Positions 38,301 to 50,448 of a DNA stretch of 64,000 nucleotides are shown piece by piece. The notes below the pieces were generated by a model. It worked only from the letters and a program-made list of their open reading frames with translations. It did not search any database and was not told the origin of the DNA. Source of the DNA: Trichosphaerium sp. ATCC 40318 (taxonomy: Eukaryota; Protista; Tubulinea); assembly GCA_038496445.1 (NCBI GenBank), contig JALMLS010000453.1:186001-250000 (forward strand). The letters run 5' to 3'. How positions within the stretch are numbered: position 1 is the stretch's first letter; every line of letters begins with the position of its first letter. Both the position numbers and the translations under genes were made by a program.

Positions 38301-38794
38301 GCCTTCTATAGTTTTTACGCACATTATGCTGAGAATTCTTCAAAAAGTGATTTTCATTCAAGGAAATATTGAGTACCTCAACACTGCCCGATAGCCCCGT
38401 AAAGATTTTTGATTGCCAAAATGGCTTAACTATAACCCTTCAACTACGTACATCACTGAGTTATGAATTTGAATGACTCCTCAACGACGTAAAAGAGCAT
38501 TTGACACTACGACAATTTTTTTTGCAAGTTGCAACAAGATGAAATAAGTTTCAAACACTCTATCTCTTAGATATGCATGTAATAGCGCTCTCCATAGAGT
38601 TTTGGGTAAATTAAACAATATATCGGGTATTTTAACTTGCAAAAAGGTTTTACGTAGCTACATAAATTCACTAGGAAGAAATAAACAATGTTTATGGGTT
38701 GCTATGCGCTTCTGGTTTTTAAATTTTATTAAGTCAGAAATGGTTGCCTTATGGCTTCTTGTTAGGCGAACCAAAACTTCATAATCCAGCCGAC

Positions 38795-40564
38795 ATGTCA
38801 CAACAGCAACATAGCGATAATTTTATTGGTTCTTTTTGTATTCCAGATGTACTTGCGACTGTTTTTTCGTTTCTAGACTATGATGATCTTTGTTGCTGTA
38901 CAGCGGTTAATACGATGTGGAGATCGCTTGCGATGCGTAATGGGTTCGTTTAGCGCCGTTTGAAATGTTGTTTAAATAATTAATTTAAAAACTAGCGTGT
39001 GGAAGCATCAATACGCTCAGTACTTTGGTCCAGCCCCTAAAAATGATATGTGTTGGTATGAGAGGTTTCAGAAGACTTATGCATTTGTAGACGGACTTTT
39101 ATCAAAAGGCATGTATTATTCTCTTATACGCTAAGCTAACATGTCAACAGGCCTGTGGAATTCGAAATATTTTGCTATTCGCACACGAGGTACATTCTAA
39201 CGCCTCAAACCGCTTTATTTAAGCTTATACTTTCGTAGGAGATGTTTTTGGAGAAGAAAATAACGTTGTCCACATTGTCAAATTTGCTCCAAGTGTCACC
39301 AAGCACATAGCTTATAAAACGTCTGCAGTACGTTAAAATAGTATTGAATCTCTTCAAAGAAACTAACAGTAATATCAAGGCATTTTGGTGTGAGAAATTG
39401 GGATTAGAAGATAATATTTTTTCACTGGTACGGTTTTCGTCATTTACGGAAAATTCGTAATGTGGCCTTCTCTCGGGCTAAAACGACGAAAGTATGCGAT
39501 TAATCTATACTCACAGCTCCTAGGAAGTGCCAGGACGAAAACCAGTGTTACCATGTTTCGGCATAGACGTACGCAAGCGGTTCTTTTAACTTTTTATTGA
39601 TTGGTTTTTATGTCTTGACATTAATGTTGTTTTTAGCGTGTTGCTGTTGATTTCTCAAAAAAAGAACTTTTAAGGAGAAATACAAGATTAAAGAGAAGTG
39701 TACAATTAGGTAATATTACTTTTGGATTTCCTTATTGTTGTTTGCACAAATGTAATAATTAGCTTACTTTTTTTTTTCTTGTTTAGATTGCTTTTCTATG
39801 ACAAAAATGAGCTATACGCGAGGCAAAGTCCGTGGTAAGAAGACCACATATTATGTAAATGGAGGATTTCCTAGAAAAGATACACGAAGGCTGCCAGTGG
39901 TATCTGTTTCAAAGGTATGCTGAAGAAGTATTATTTCTTCTTGTTGTACTAACTGTTTTTCAGAAAACGTTGACTGAAATGCAACTCTGCACTGATGAAA
40001 TCAGGGCTCGTAACCTCAGGTTACAGCAGATTATGGTTCGTATTGAACAAGGTGCAGATCACAAAATGATACGTATGACGTTACATGGTTCAATTGCAAA
40101 GTAAGAGCTTTTTCTCTTTTTTTTTTCTCTTTGAATCGTTTTTTTTTCTGATTATTTTTGCCCTTTTAGGATTCCACAAATATATAAAGAGTATGTCATG
40201 GGTGACAAAAATATAAAACATACAAAGAGTAGAAAAGCGCTTGTGAAGCAATTAAAGATTCATCTGGATTTATGCGAAAAGAGTAAGTTAAAAAAGAGCA
40301 CTGAATTTTTTTTTTGTTTTATGTTTTTCTATCTCTTCCTTTAATGTTTTCATGATAAAAAACGCTTTTGTACGCGAAAATAATAGTAGTCTTACTACGG
40401 CTAAAGTTGTTTTCAAATGAGAGTTTGTAATTTTCTCAGTATTTTCTTATTTTTGAGCGACGTGTTGACTTTTTTCAGGTATTCCCTTGATTGATGATAA
40501 AAAAAAGAGGAGAGATTTATCCAAATTATTTAATGTAATGGTAAAAACACTGCCAAAAACATAA
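38795..40564 (+). CDS. F-box protein with unrecognised C-terminal region
   Basis: IPDVLATVFSFLDYDDLCCCTAVNTMWRSLAMR../VWKHQY..WYERF; many short exons to TAA near 40564. Confidence 0.75.
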
Positions 40565-40705
40565 AAACAAAATAGACAGAAAGTCAAGCGCAGGGCCGCC
40601 GTTTTTGATGTAGAACAAAAAAATAATAAAAAGGAGAACGTGTATTTTAATGTTAATTGAGTATTTATATCTACACTTTGATTTTTTTGCTGTCTTTTGT
40701 TAGTT

Positions 40706-43700
40706 CATAAGCTATCGCTATTGTGTTCGTATTTTGACTTGTCAATGACGACTTCAATAAACGCAGGGGTTATGGATTGCTCCCAAAGTCAACTTTTTTT
40801 TTTCGGTTTTAAAACACCTGAGCTTGACGCTTTACTAGCAGTCGCTTGCCTACACATAGTTAGAACTCTAGTTATGTTCAAAAATATTATCTTTGTTCGT
40901 ACGTAGACGTAGGGATCTTTTCTTTATGTTATCAGGTACACTTCGTATACCAGGACCATCTGGAGGAGGTGAATAACCACGTGAGTTTTGTGCAAATGTT
41001 CCAGAATGCATCATTGAAATTGCGTCGTCTAACCATCCTTTGGCATCGTCCGAGTCACCAGAATCCTATAAAGTACATGTGAGAAAGTAGGGTATGCATA
41101 TAAAACAAGGCGTACCTTAGGTGGCACTGAAGTGCTCGTCATGTTGCCTCCTGTATTGTTTCCGATTTTTCTGAGAAGTCTCTTTTCAATAAGCATCGAA
41201 CGTCTCTCTGATCTCTTCTTTTTCAACAATTTACGACGTTCATTGGCATCTCTAGCCCGCTATGTATTTAAATTAACAAAAATATTGTAACAATAGAAGC
41301 AGTACCAAGAGCATGGTTAACATATCTGTAAACACAGTAAAAAAAGTTTCTGATGTTGTATTTGCCGGTTCTAAAGGAGATCAGTTTTCTACCCGATGTT
41401 CCTTCACATACCTGCGTATTTTTTTAATAGCTCCTCTAAAGTCTCCTTAAGCGTTTGAACCTTCTTCACAACACGATTAACCTTCTTTTGTGTCCTCGTG
41501 TGAAAAACCTGAAAAAAAGTTGAGAAGCCTTAATTTTTTTTTCATAGAATTTTTTGGGCAAACCTCAAGTGCGTCCTTGAACTTTTGGTCTGTTTCTTGA
41601 TTCTTTAGCTCATTACCTATCATATCATTTCCAACCTAATTATCAAGTTAAAAACTCTAAAAAATTAACTGATGTTCACCTTTAGTCTATTGACTTTTTT
41701 AACACATTCATTCAAATCAATTCGAACAGCTGATTTTACTGGATTGAGCTCTTCCTGTAACTTATCCAGTATGTTTTTTTCAGTCAACATCTTAACAATA
41801 AAGTTTGCCAGAGTCATACCGCCATCAGTAGTTGATCTAACATCATCCAATTTTGCTAAAGAAGAAAGCTAGAAAATCCACAAAATTAGCGAAATCTCAC
41901 ACAAAATTTACAAGTTTTCATTTTTCTGCATGCCTTGAATCCATAGCAACCTCCTCTACTTCCTTGTCCATTCATATAGTTTCCAACAGCCAGAACTGTC
42001 TATCGACAGAATAATATAAGTACATTTTAAAGAGGAAAGTTGATATGAAGCTTATTTTTTGAGAGTTGTTAAAGTTCGTACTTCTAGTGTTGTTGCAAGT
42101 GCTGTACTCGTTTTTATCGCCTTTAGAGCATCTCCAAGTTCCGTCATATCTCGTTTCACCGATTCAACCTAAGAAAAGGTATGCATTAGGGAACGAGCAC
42201 ATTATCTTTTGTACCTTGTCTTCAAAACTTAATTGATATAGCATTGAGTTTACTCTCGGTCCACATCGTTTTATATTAGTCAACTACTAAGTGTCAGCTT
42301 CAACGGATAAGCAAACTTATACCTGAAGTAAAAATTGTTCAGCTGGACCAAGCTTGTCCTTATTTCCATCAAACTCTAATAAGTTTTGTCTCTACAATCA
42401 ACAATGATTAGACGAGCGAGCACGATTCAAAAGTTTTTACCTCCTCAGGAGTTGGTAAGTTATCTTTTATTGCCTCGAGTTTTTCTACGTCTAGTAGTGT
42501 TGTATTGAATTCAGAGAGGGCTTTTTCGATGTTCTCAGGATCCATTTTTAAGCCACGAAGCATAATCTCTAGCGATGATACTTAGCTTTTTTTTTTGCCA
42601 TTATCTTTTGATTATCACGTGACGTACGTATATTATTAGCTCTTCTCATATCGATAAGCTCTGATATAGATTTCTTCCTCTTCTTAGGCATTGGCTTTGG
42701 GTTTGCTGCGAATAGTAAGCGATAATGGTGAAAACTCAAGTCTCGTTACCTTTTTGTGCTGTTGGTACTGTTTTTGGTGCTTCTGGTGATTTTGGTGCTA
42801 TTTTAGGTTTCTAACGGCTACATTAAATACACAATAAACCTATTTGTTGTACATACAGAAACACCAAATAGTGTATGAAGTGAATCAACATCCAACTCAA
42901 TCTAGATTTTTTTGTTAGTATTTTACAAATGTTTTCTTGCAAGCAGTACGTACTTTATCATCGTCTAGGTCATCCCAAACAGTTCCTTTAATATTAGAAT
43001 CTTTGATTTTCATCCACATCACGTTCCTCATCTTTACTGGAGGGTTTTTCTTCTCTTTAGGAGGAACAGCTACACAGAAAAGTAAAACGACGTATAGCGT
43101 TTGTAAATACAAGTCTTTAAACATACCTGGCGCAGTATTTGCTGATCCTGGAGGCGGTGGTGGAGGCGGTACACTGGCGTCTGGAGGTGGCGGAGGTGGC
43201 GGAGCTGAAGTTTCGGTTGGAGGCGCAGGAGGCGTATCTTCAGTTAATTCAGATTTTTCTTCATTCTCTTTTGGTTTTTCAGGTTCTTTTTCTATTTCTT
43301 GTGATGAAGGCTCATCTGGAAGAGAAGGTTTTTCAAGTTCTTTTTGTCTATACTGTGACTTCTTTGGAGTTGTTTTGGGTTGTTCTTTGTCTACTGCATT
43401 GTCTTGTTTGCTTTCTTTGATTTCTTTGGACTTACGCTTCACAGCCTTCACAGGAGGTACTAGCATGCCTGTGTCATCTTCTTCTGAGTCAGAAAAATCG
43501 GCACAACTCATTTCATAATCTGAATGAGACATGTCGGATATTGACATTTCTGATTGAATTATAGCGATTGTTTCTTCATCAGAGTCATCAATGATAGGTT
43601 TTTTAGGTTCTGTGCTGTTCACTGGAGACAACTTCATCTTTGGTACACTTCCACTCGCTTGCGTAAGTCAGAAAAAAAGCGGAACAAAACACGAAAAATC

Positions 43701-45633
43701 AGAATACCTTTGCCAACGAGCAATCCTCTCTTGGATACTTGTTTTATTTTTGGACGAGTCAATGCATCTTTTAGATATCCTTAGAGGTATTTGAGTGTAT
43801 TTAGAAGTACCTAGGCGCCTTTTAAGGGCTGCATTTTCTTCACTCAGATCGAGAACTTTTTCTTCAAGACCTTCGATTACTGTTACAAGTTCGCCAACTT
43901 CTTGACTAATATTCGTTATTACAAAGTAAAAATACTGGAAACCATACTCATCAGATGTTATAAATATAGTATGATCTCCATCAATAGACCTAAATAAATC
44001 ATAAGAACGTAAATAACCGAAAGAATTAGGTTGACACATACAGTGCTTCTTCAAAAACAGCAATTTGAGTACCAAGTTTTGATTCGGCTTTATGAACTTC
44101 CTTTAGTTGCTAGAGAGCCATCGTTAAGATTATGGTTACAATCAAGCACTTACTTTAATGACAGATAGTATTTTGAGTCTTAAAAAGTGACCACGAAGTG
44201 TCATCCGGTCATCTTGTACGCCAGTTTTTCCAATCAATGCATTTATAAACAACATACTGTTAACCTATTTTACCTCATAAGTCATGTATCCCAAACAAAA
44301 TTGTCATCACCTGTAGCCTCTTATTATGTGATCTCAAATTACTAACCAATTCGTGATATCGTCTTCGCCAAAGTTGGACAAGCTCACTTAAAAACATAGT
44401 TAAAGACTTAACAGACTTAAAGAATGAATGAAAAGTTTCTTCTTTTTCGGACCTGTGAGCGTCTTTTGATACGAATGTGATAGCTGCAAGACTCTCAAGT
44501 ACATGTGATTTCGTTTTTATATTGACACAATCTGTAGCAAGTGTCAAGTATTTGAGTAATTTAGGTATCATTGAAATCATCATGAATCCTTCTTCCTATT
44601 TTTTTTCACTTCGTTATCTTCATTGGTTCTTTGAACTCTTTAAACAATACTTACAACATTCAATATTGCTCTCATCGCGCGACAGCATTCTGCAATAGAC
44701 TCTGAGTTTACTCCTTTCCTTGATAACGGCAATTGTCAAAGAGCGATGCTGTAAAACAATTAACGTACTTTCGTTTATTCAATTGATGTTTGAAAATGCT
44801 GCACAAAGCGTAATGTCCATTGCAGCGTAAGAATTCAGCCACCCATGTTGTAGGAGCCGAAGCTATCATTAATCGTATGTTACGCAAAAAATCAACTTTG
44901 GGACTTGTCCCTGCATATTAGTTAAGCAAACAAACCAGCACGTGACCCCTTTTGTAGTACCCATTCGTTTTATTTTTTTAACTACTTCCATAGCTGGTTG
45001 TTCTTGACCTCTTTCTTTGTATTGGCCTTATCAAACGATTAGAAGGCGTTAAAGCGTGCAAGAAAGGGTACGTACAGATAAGTAACCATTTGCGTTTTGG
45101 TGCCCATGATTTGTAAGAGTCGTCTTTTAGTCCAAGAGTTGGCTAACAGTATTAGAAAAAAACATTTCTTTGCATTTTGAAGCGTAATTAATCACGTGAT
45201 TTCGGTTACTAAATTCAAAACTGATAAAGCATGTAATAAAGTATAAAATCACATGCGTATCACGTGAGTACTGCGTGCCCAAATACCCAAATCACCCAAA
45301 AAAACCACAAAGCAAAAAAAAAAAAAAAACAAACAAAAACGTTACCACTATCTTTTTCTCGAACTGTTTGTTGACTTCCTTCTCGCTAGGCATATCTGGT
45401 AAATTTGCAGGATCAACCGAAATACCAACGCTTTGCTTCCAATCATCGCTGTTAGATGTCTTACCGCTATTAGGTCATCAGAAAAGCTTTTCATCCAAAT
45501 GTTATAAATAAAACAAAAAAACGTGACACGTTGGTTTGACACTAGACACGTACGGTAATGAAGCCCCTAAACTTCTTCTCCAAAAAGATTTTCTCCTCCT
45601 TACGGTTCTATCTGGTTTCAAAGTGGCCGCCAT
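40706..45633 (-). CDS. Diaphanous-related formin (GBD/FH3-FH1-FH2-DAD)
   Basis: MPSEKEVNKQFE (GBD), polyproline FH1, PPVKMRNVMWMKI..GTVWDD, LIDMRRANNI, GNYMNG..RGGCYGFK/LSSLAKL (FH2), LDDAISMMHSGTF (DAD-like). 3' end approximate. Confidence 0.92.
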
Positions 45634-45749
45634 TTTCGTTCAAACGACGGCTAACAATTTTTTTTAATCGCAACACAGAAATTAACAAAGTCAACGTTTG
45701 TACACCACAGGTTCATTTAACACTACACAAAACTGTTTACAACGCTGTA

Positions 45750-46858
45750 ATGCAAAGGAGGAAAGCCAATGATGAAGACAAATGGTAAACACAGTTCGTT
45801 TAAAATAGCATCATAGAATTTGCCTAATGTATGCGTTTAGCATACTACATAGGCTCCCTGTAGAACTTCACAGCGTTATTTGTTGTTTTGATCCTACAAT
45901 ATACGTACAATGGACAGAACTCTCCAAAAGGTACACCATCGCGCGATATATATCTCCAAAACGCGTCAATCATCGAAACAAGGATGATACAACCAAAATA
46001 GTTTTTACGTCAACGTACTTACGCTTACGCTGTAGATTAGCATATTCTTCAGGTAGATTTGATCGTAAATTCAATAAACATGGTCGTTGGATGGCTTGGT
46101 ATGCAAATAGAAAAATTCGAAAAAAAGCAAATTTCAAAAATGGAAATTTGGAGAAAAAATACGAATCTTGGTTTCAGAGTGGACAACTTGAGTGCTTATG
46201 CTTCTATAAGCATAACAAGAAGAGTGGTAAATACTTGACATTCTTTGAAGATGGTAATCGTCATATTGAAGCTTTTTATAAGGCAGACTTACCAGCAAGA
46301 GAATATAAGGTTTGGCATAATAGGGCTTTCGGTTGTAAGTCTGCTTATGTTTTAGAGAGACATGAGAGCTATGAAAATGGTGAAATGGTTGGTGATTGGG
46401 TTTACTCGTACTTTGGGTTTCAAGGTAAGGTAAAGATGGAGGTGTATAGAGCAGCAAAACGATCAGAAACTAGTCATAGGATAAGTTGGTATGTTTTTTT
46501 TTTTTGAAGGTTCCCGTTTCTTAACTATAGCATACCCCGTACTTGCTTAATCTATGTTATATACACTGTATTGATATCAAATACAAAGTATAATAAGCAA
46601 GTATGGGATATGTTATGAGTGGTGGTGCCGAAAGAACTTAAAAAGGTTTTTTCCTTCCAAAGTTTTTTCATACCGATTTGCAATGTGCATGTAGTGTATC
46701 ATAACTGTTATGGTAGGTACAAATCTGGACAAATGCAGAGTAGAGAATACTCTAGAAATGGCTACTTACATGGTGAAAGTACATTTTGGGATAAAAAGGG
46801 AATAGTTAGACGTGTAAAATTTTACAATGAAAAACAAAAAAAAACAGGTTACTTTTAG
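45750..46858 (+). CDS. F-box + MORN-variant repeat protein, paralog 4 (several introns)
   Basis: MQRRKANDEDK/ILHRLPVELHSVICCFD..WTELSK/..RFDRKFNKHGRW, MORN repeats, last exon YKSGQMQSREYSRNGYLHGESTFWDKKG. Confidence 0.8.
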
Positions 46859-47219
46859 GTAAACAACCTAAACGTTACTGTCTTTGGAACCGGTGTTGTA
46901 AGTTAATGCACGAAAAGTATTTTTAATAACTTGTGATTGCATACTCTTGTGGACGCTTTCAGAAGCTTGTAACTTAGTTATAGCTTTACAAGTTATTTTT
47001 TGTAAATAAACAGAATATCTCTTATCAATTTAATGGTCCAATTACTTGAGTCGGTTTCCCTCATTGTCCAGATTGAAGCTTTCATAGAAGACCTTCTAAT
47101 CCAGTCACTTAATTGACTAATAGTCAAGATTGAGGCATAGGCAGTTTAGGTCTATTTATTTGAGTAGATATGTTATACAAGAATTTTTATGCATCTTCTT
47201 CTTGTTTTATGTTACAACC

Positions 47220-48266
47220 TTAAAGCTTCAGTACTTTAACACCACCAAGTGTAATGAGCCAATCTATGTTTGCATTTGTATTTGATAGATCAATGGAGTA
47301 TGTACTTGAAAGGCTTTTCATACATGATCCAGTAATACTTGTACACCCTGAAAGATTGATTGTGTGTACTTCACTCATACCCAAAGCTGAAACGCCCATG
47401 TTTGTCACTGATGTACCACTTAAATTAATGCTATGAACGCCGGCCAAAGCTGATATACCTTTATCAGTTACTGAGGTACCACTCAAATCTATTGTATGCA
47501 CACCAGCAAGTGAACATACACCTTCATCTGTTACACCCATACAAAAACTGAGATTAATGGTATGAACGCCTGAAAGCGATTTTATACCTTTGTCTGTTAC
47601 ATAGGTAGAACTCAAGTCAATGGTGTGAATACCTGCGAGAGATTTTACGCCTTCATCTGTTATTAAACGACATTCTTGTAGATACATTGTCTTTACTCCA
47701 GATAGCACGTGAAGTACATCATCTGTAACACATGAGTATGGTAACCCTACATGAGGTATTCCAGAAAGGGCTTTAAAACCTACGTTTGTCACACCTGAAA
47801 CTTGTAGTAAATAAATATAGTCGAGGTCTTTCACAAGTGGGAAAATGCCTTCATCCGTGATGCCTGAACAATACCATATACTCAAATGACGAACACCACG
47901 TACACTCCTTAGTCCTGAGTCCGTTATGTTTTCATTCTGCCAAAGTACAAGTTGATGAACACCAGAAAGATAAGCTAGATCTTTGTCTGTTGCTTCTGGA
48001 AACGATATAAATGATATTTGTGTATTTGAGAGTAGAGGGCTACCACTTAGACGATGGCAATCGTCAGTTGACCGAATATCGATAAAATTGTATCCTATGT
48101 GATGGTGGATAACGTCAGCTAATACTTTACAGCTCTGAGCGACCCGGTATCTATCAGATACATCAACAAACGCCAGTAAATGGGCGATTATCTCCAGTGG
48201 TATATCGAGCAGCTCAATATCGTCTAATTCTGTCGGTATTTGATAATCAGAGATGAGTTCAGTCAT
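47220..48266 (-). CDS. F-box + 21/22-aa LRR protein, paralog 4 (intronless)
   Basis: LLDIPLEIIAHLLAFV..VAQSCKVLADVIHHHIGY followed by repeats LAGVHTIDLSGTSVTDKGISA. Confidence 0.9.
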   Translation of the reverse strand: MTELISDYQIPTELDDIELLDIPLEIIAHLLAFVDVSDRYRVAQSCKVLADVIHHHIGYNFIDIRSTDDCHRLSGSPLLSNTQISFISFPEATDKDLAYLSGVHQLVLWQNENITDSGLRSVRGVRHLSIWYCSGITDEGIFPLVKDLDYIYLLQVSGVTNVGFKALSGIPHVGLPYSCVTDDVLHVLSGVKTMYLQECRLITDEGVKSLAGIHTIDLSSTYVTDKGIKSLSGVHTINLSFCMGVTDEGVCSLAGVHTIDLSGTSVTDKGISALAGVHSINLSGTSVTNMGVSALGMSEVHTINLSGCTSITGSCMKSLSSTYSIDLSNTNANIDWLITLGGVKVLKL

Positions 48267-48597
48267 AACGTTTGAAGGTTGTTGTGACACACGTGCAAAA
48301 AATGTAACCGATTATTTTTGACTTTATTTCTGAGCACATCGATACTTTCGAGTGACACTACTTTCGTCGTGTTTGACCGCGAGAGCTAAACAACAGAAGT
48401 AATTTTAATTGCAACCGAATAACACAACTGTCATCATCTGAAACGACATTTTACAGCGCAGTTCATCATTGTAACAAAACACAGTACGTTGTACACAACA
48501 GCTTTTTTCTAAATTAGATGCCTTAAGTAGCAAGCGAGGAAGGCTAATATTCTTTGCATCATAATATAGAGGTTATTTAGAAGTAGGAATTCACCAC

Positions 48598-49683
48598 TTA
48601 CAATACACGCCCATATTTATTGGTTCGTTTTCTTTGCTCAATTAAATTTCCATTTTCATCCCACTGATAGCGATCTCCTTTTTTTCTACCATGGACATAC
48701 TTACCCTGCTCTTTTAATTTACCATTAACATGCCACACCTTGAATTGTCCATGTTTTTTATCATGTAAATAGTTACAGTGTTCTTGCAATTTTCCATTCT
48801 TATACCAGCTCTTGAACTCTCCTTGTGCTACATTATTAACGAAATAATGCTTTAGACACATAACTCCGTTCTCATACCATTCCTTACTTTCACCATGACG
48901 TTTATCATCAACCCACATACACTGTTTCTTAAGTTGTCCACCTTCATACTTGGCATACCAATGTTTTTCTTCTCCGTCCATTTTACCGTTAATGTAAACA
49001 TACTGTTTAAGTAATTGACCACTTCCATGGCACCAATATTGACATAACCCATGTTGTACACCATTAGAATACTCCTCTGTTTTATCTAATCTACCTTTTA
49101 TCCAGCTCTTACATACTCCGTCTAGTTTATCGTTTCTATACATGTACTGTAGAGCTAAAAGACCTTTCGTATATTGTCTCAGGGGACCATTCTTTAACCC
49201 TAGAGAATAAACTTCGCTATGAACTAAAGAACCATTGTAAGAATACAAGGTCCATTTTCCTTCTTTTTTCCCATTCTTGTAAGCTCCTTCAATTTCTTTT
49301 ACACCATCTTCAAACCATGTCCTGTATTCACCATGAAGCTTATTATCTTTATAATATGATAGCACATGTTGTCTTCCATTTGGGTGATATTTTTTTGAAA
49401 GTTCCTTCTTCCCGCAATTCCAGTACTCTCGTTGTAGTATAACCTTTCTATCGCTATATTGAATCCATTTGCCGTGTTTATTGAGGTTGTTATCAAAACG
49501 TGTAGTTAAAGCAGCCTTAAGACATAATAAAGGCCATTTAACCGATAGCCACACGTCCAGTTCGATAATATCAAGTTGAATCTCTACGGGGAGGTCTGTA
49601 AGTACAAATCGCTCTTCGAACCCCTAAAAAGAAGCTCAGAAGCATAAAATAGTTCATCACAAAACCTCGTTGGTTCTGTCCAT
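48598..49683 (-). CDS. F-box + MORN-variant repeat protein, paralog 5
   Basis: Micro-exon MDRTNE, intron, then LTDLPVEIQLDIIELD..WPLLCLKAALTTRFDNNLNKHGKW and about 10 MORN repeats. Confidence 0.88.
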
Positions 49684-50448
49684 CGTGCTGAATAGATACC
49701 GTATCTATGTTTCCTTCAGAGAAAATTCCACTTTTTACGTTAAGTAGCACCGATCTTTAAGTTTTTAAAATCATATTCTACCAATCATGAGCTGTTTTGT
49801 ATGCAACAAAGTACGTGCAAAACCTCCTTCAAACATAATGCTATCCATAATTATAAAACTAACAACTATTGCTGTTTGAGAAAGATAGTTGTAACAATAA
49901 ATAACAGGAGAAGGGTGCTTGGAAAACTCAAGGAGATTAAGTGTGTTTATTTAGGTTAATTACAGTTGACCGGCGTGAGCCAGTCCGTACATTACAAATA
50001 AATATCCACTATGGCATGGTGCGTTTGAAAGCTAGTAATGTCCTGTCACCTCCGAAAATAAATTAGTGAAAACCAACGTAAAAGACAAGCGTTTAAACAA
50101 TATCCACGGACAAAAAAACAAAATACGTTGATACGATGAACGCTCAAAATAGAGAAACAGATTTGTCAGCGATTCTGTCTCGGGCAATTTCGATTTCCCC
50201 TTTTTGTTTGCCTGAATGGCAAACTAGGTTTGTGATTGTAAGATAATCAAATGTTTCTTTGCAATGGAAATCTTTGTATGGTGCTGAAGCAGAAATACAT
50301 GCGTGTGGTAATGGTTTATCCATCTGCCGCGCGTGTATAGCACAAACTACATGCTACAAAAACTGAAAAGTTTTTCATTGATACTGATTTATTGTGATAT
50401 TAAGAGCCAGCTAGTCTGTCTGTTCTACAAGTTACATTCCGTGTGTGC

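Noticed and set aside
50130-50315. 59-aa minus-strand ORF (MDKPLPHACIS..)
   Set aside because: Too short and no homology recognisable; cannot be supported.
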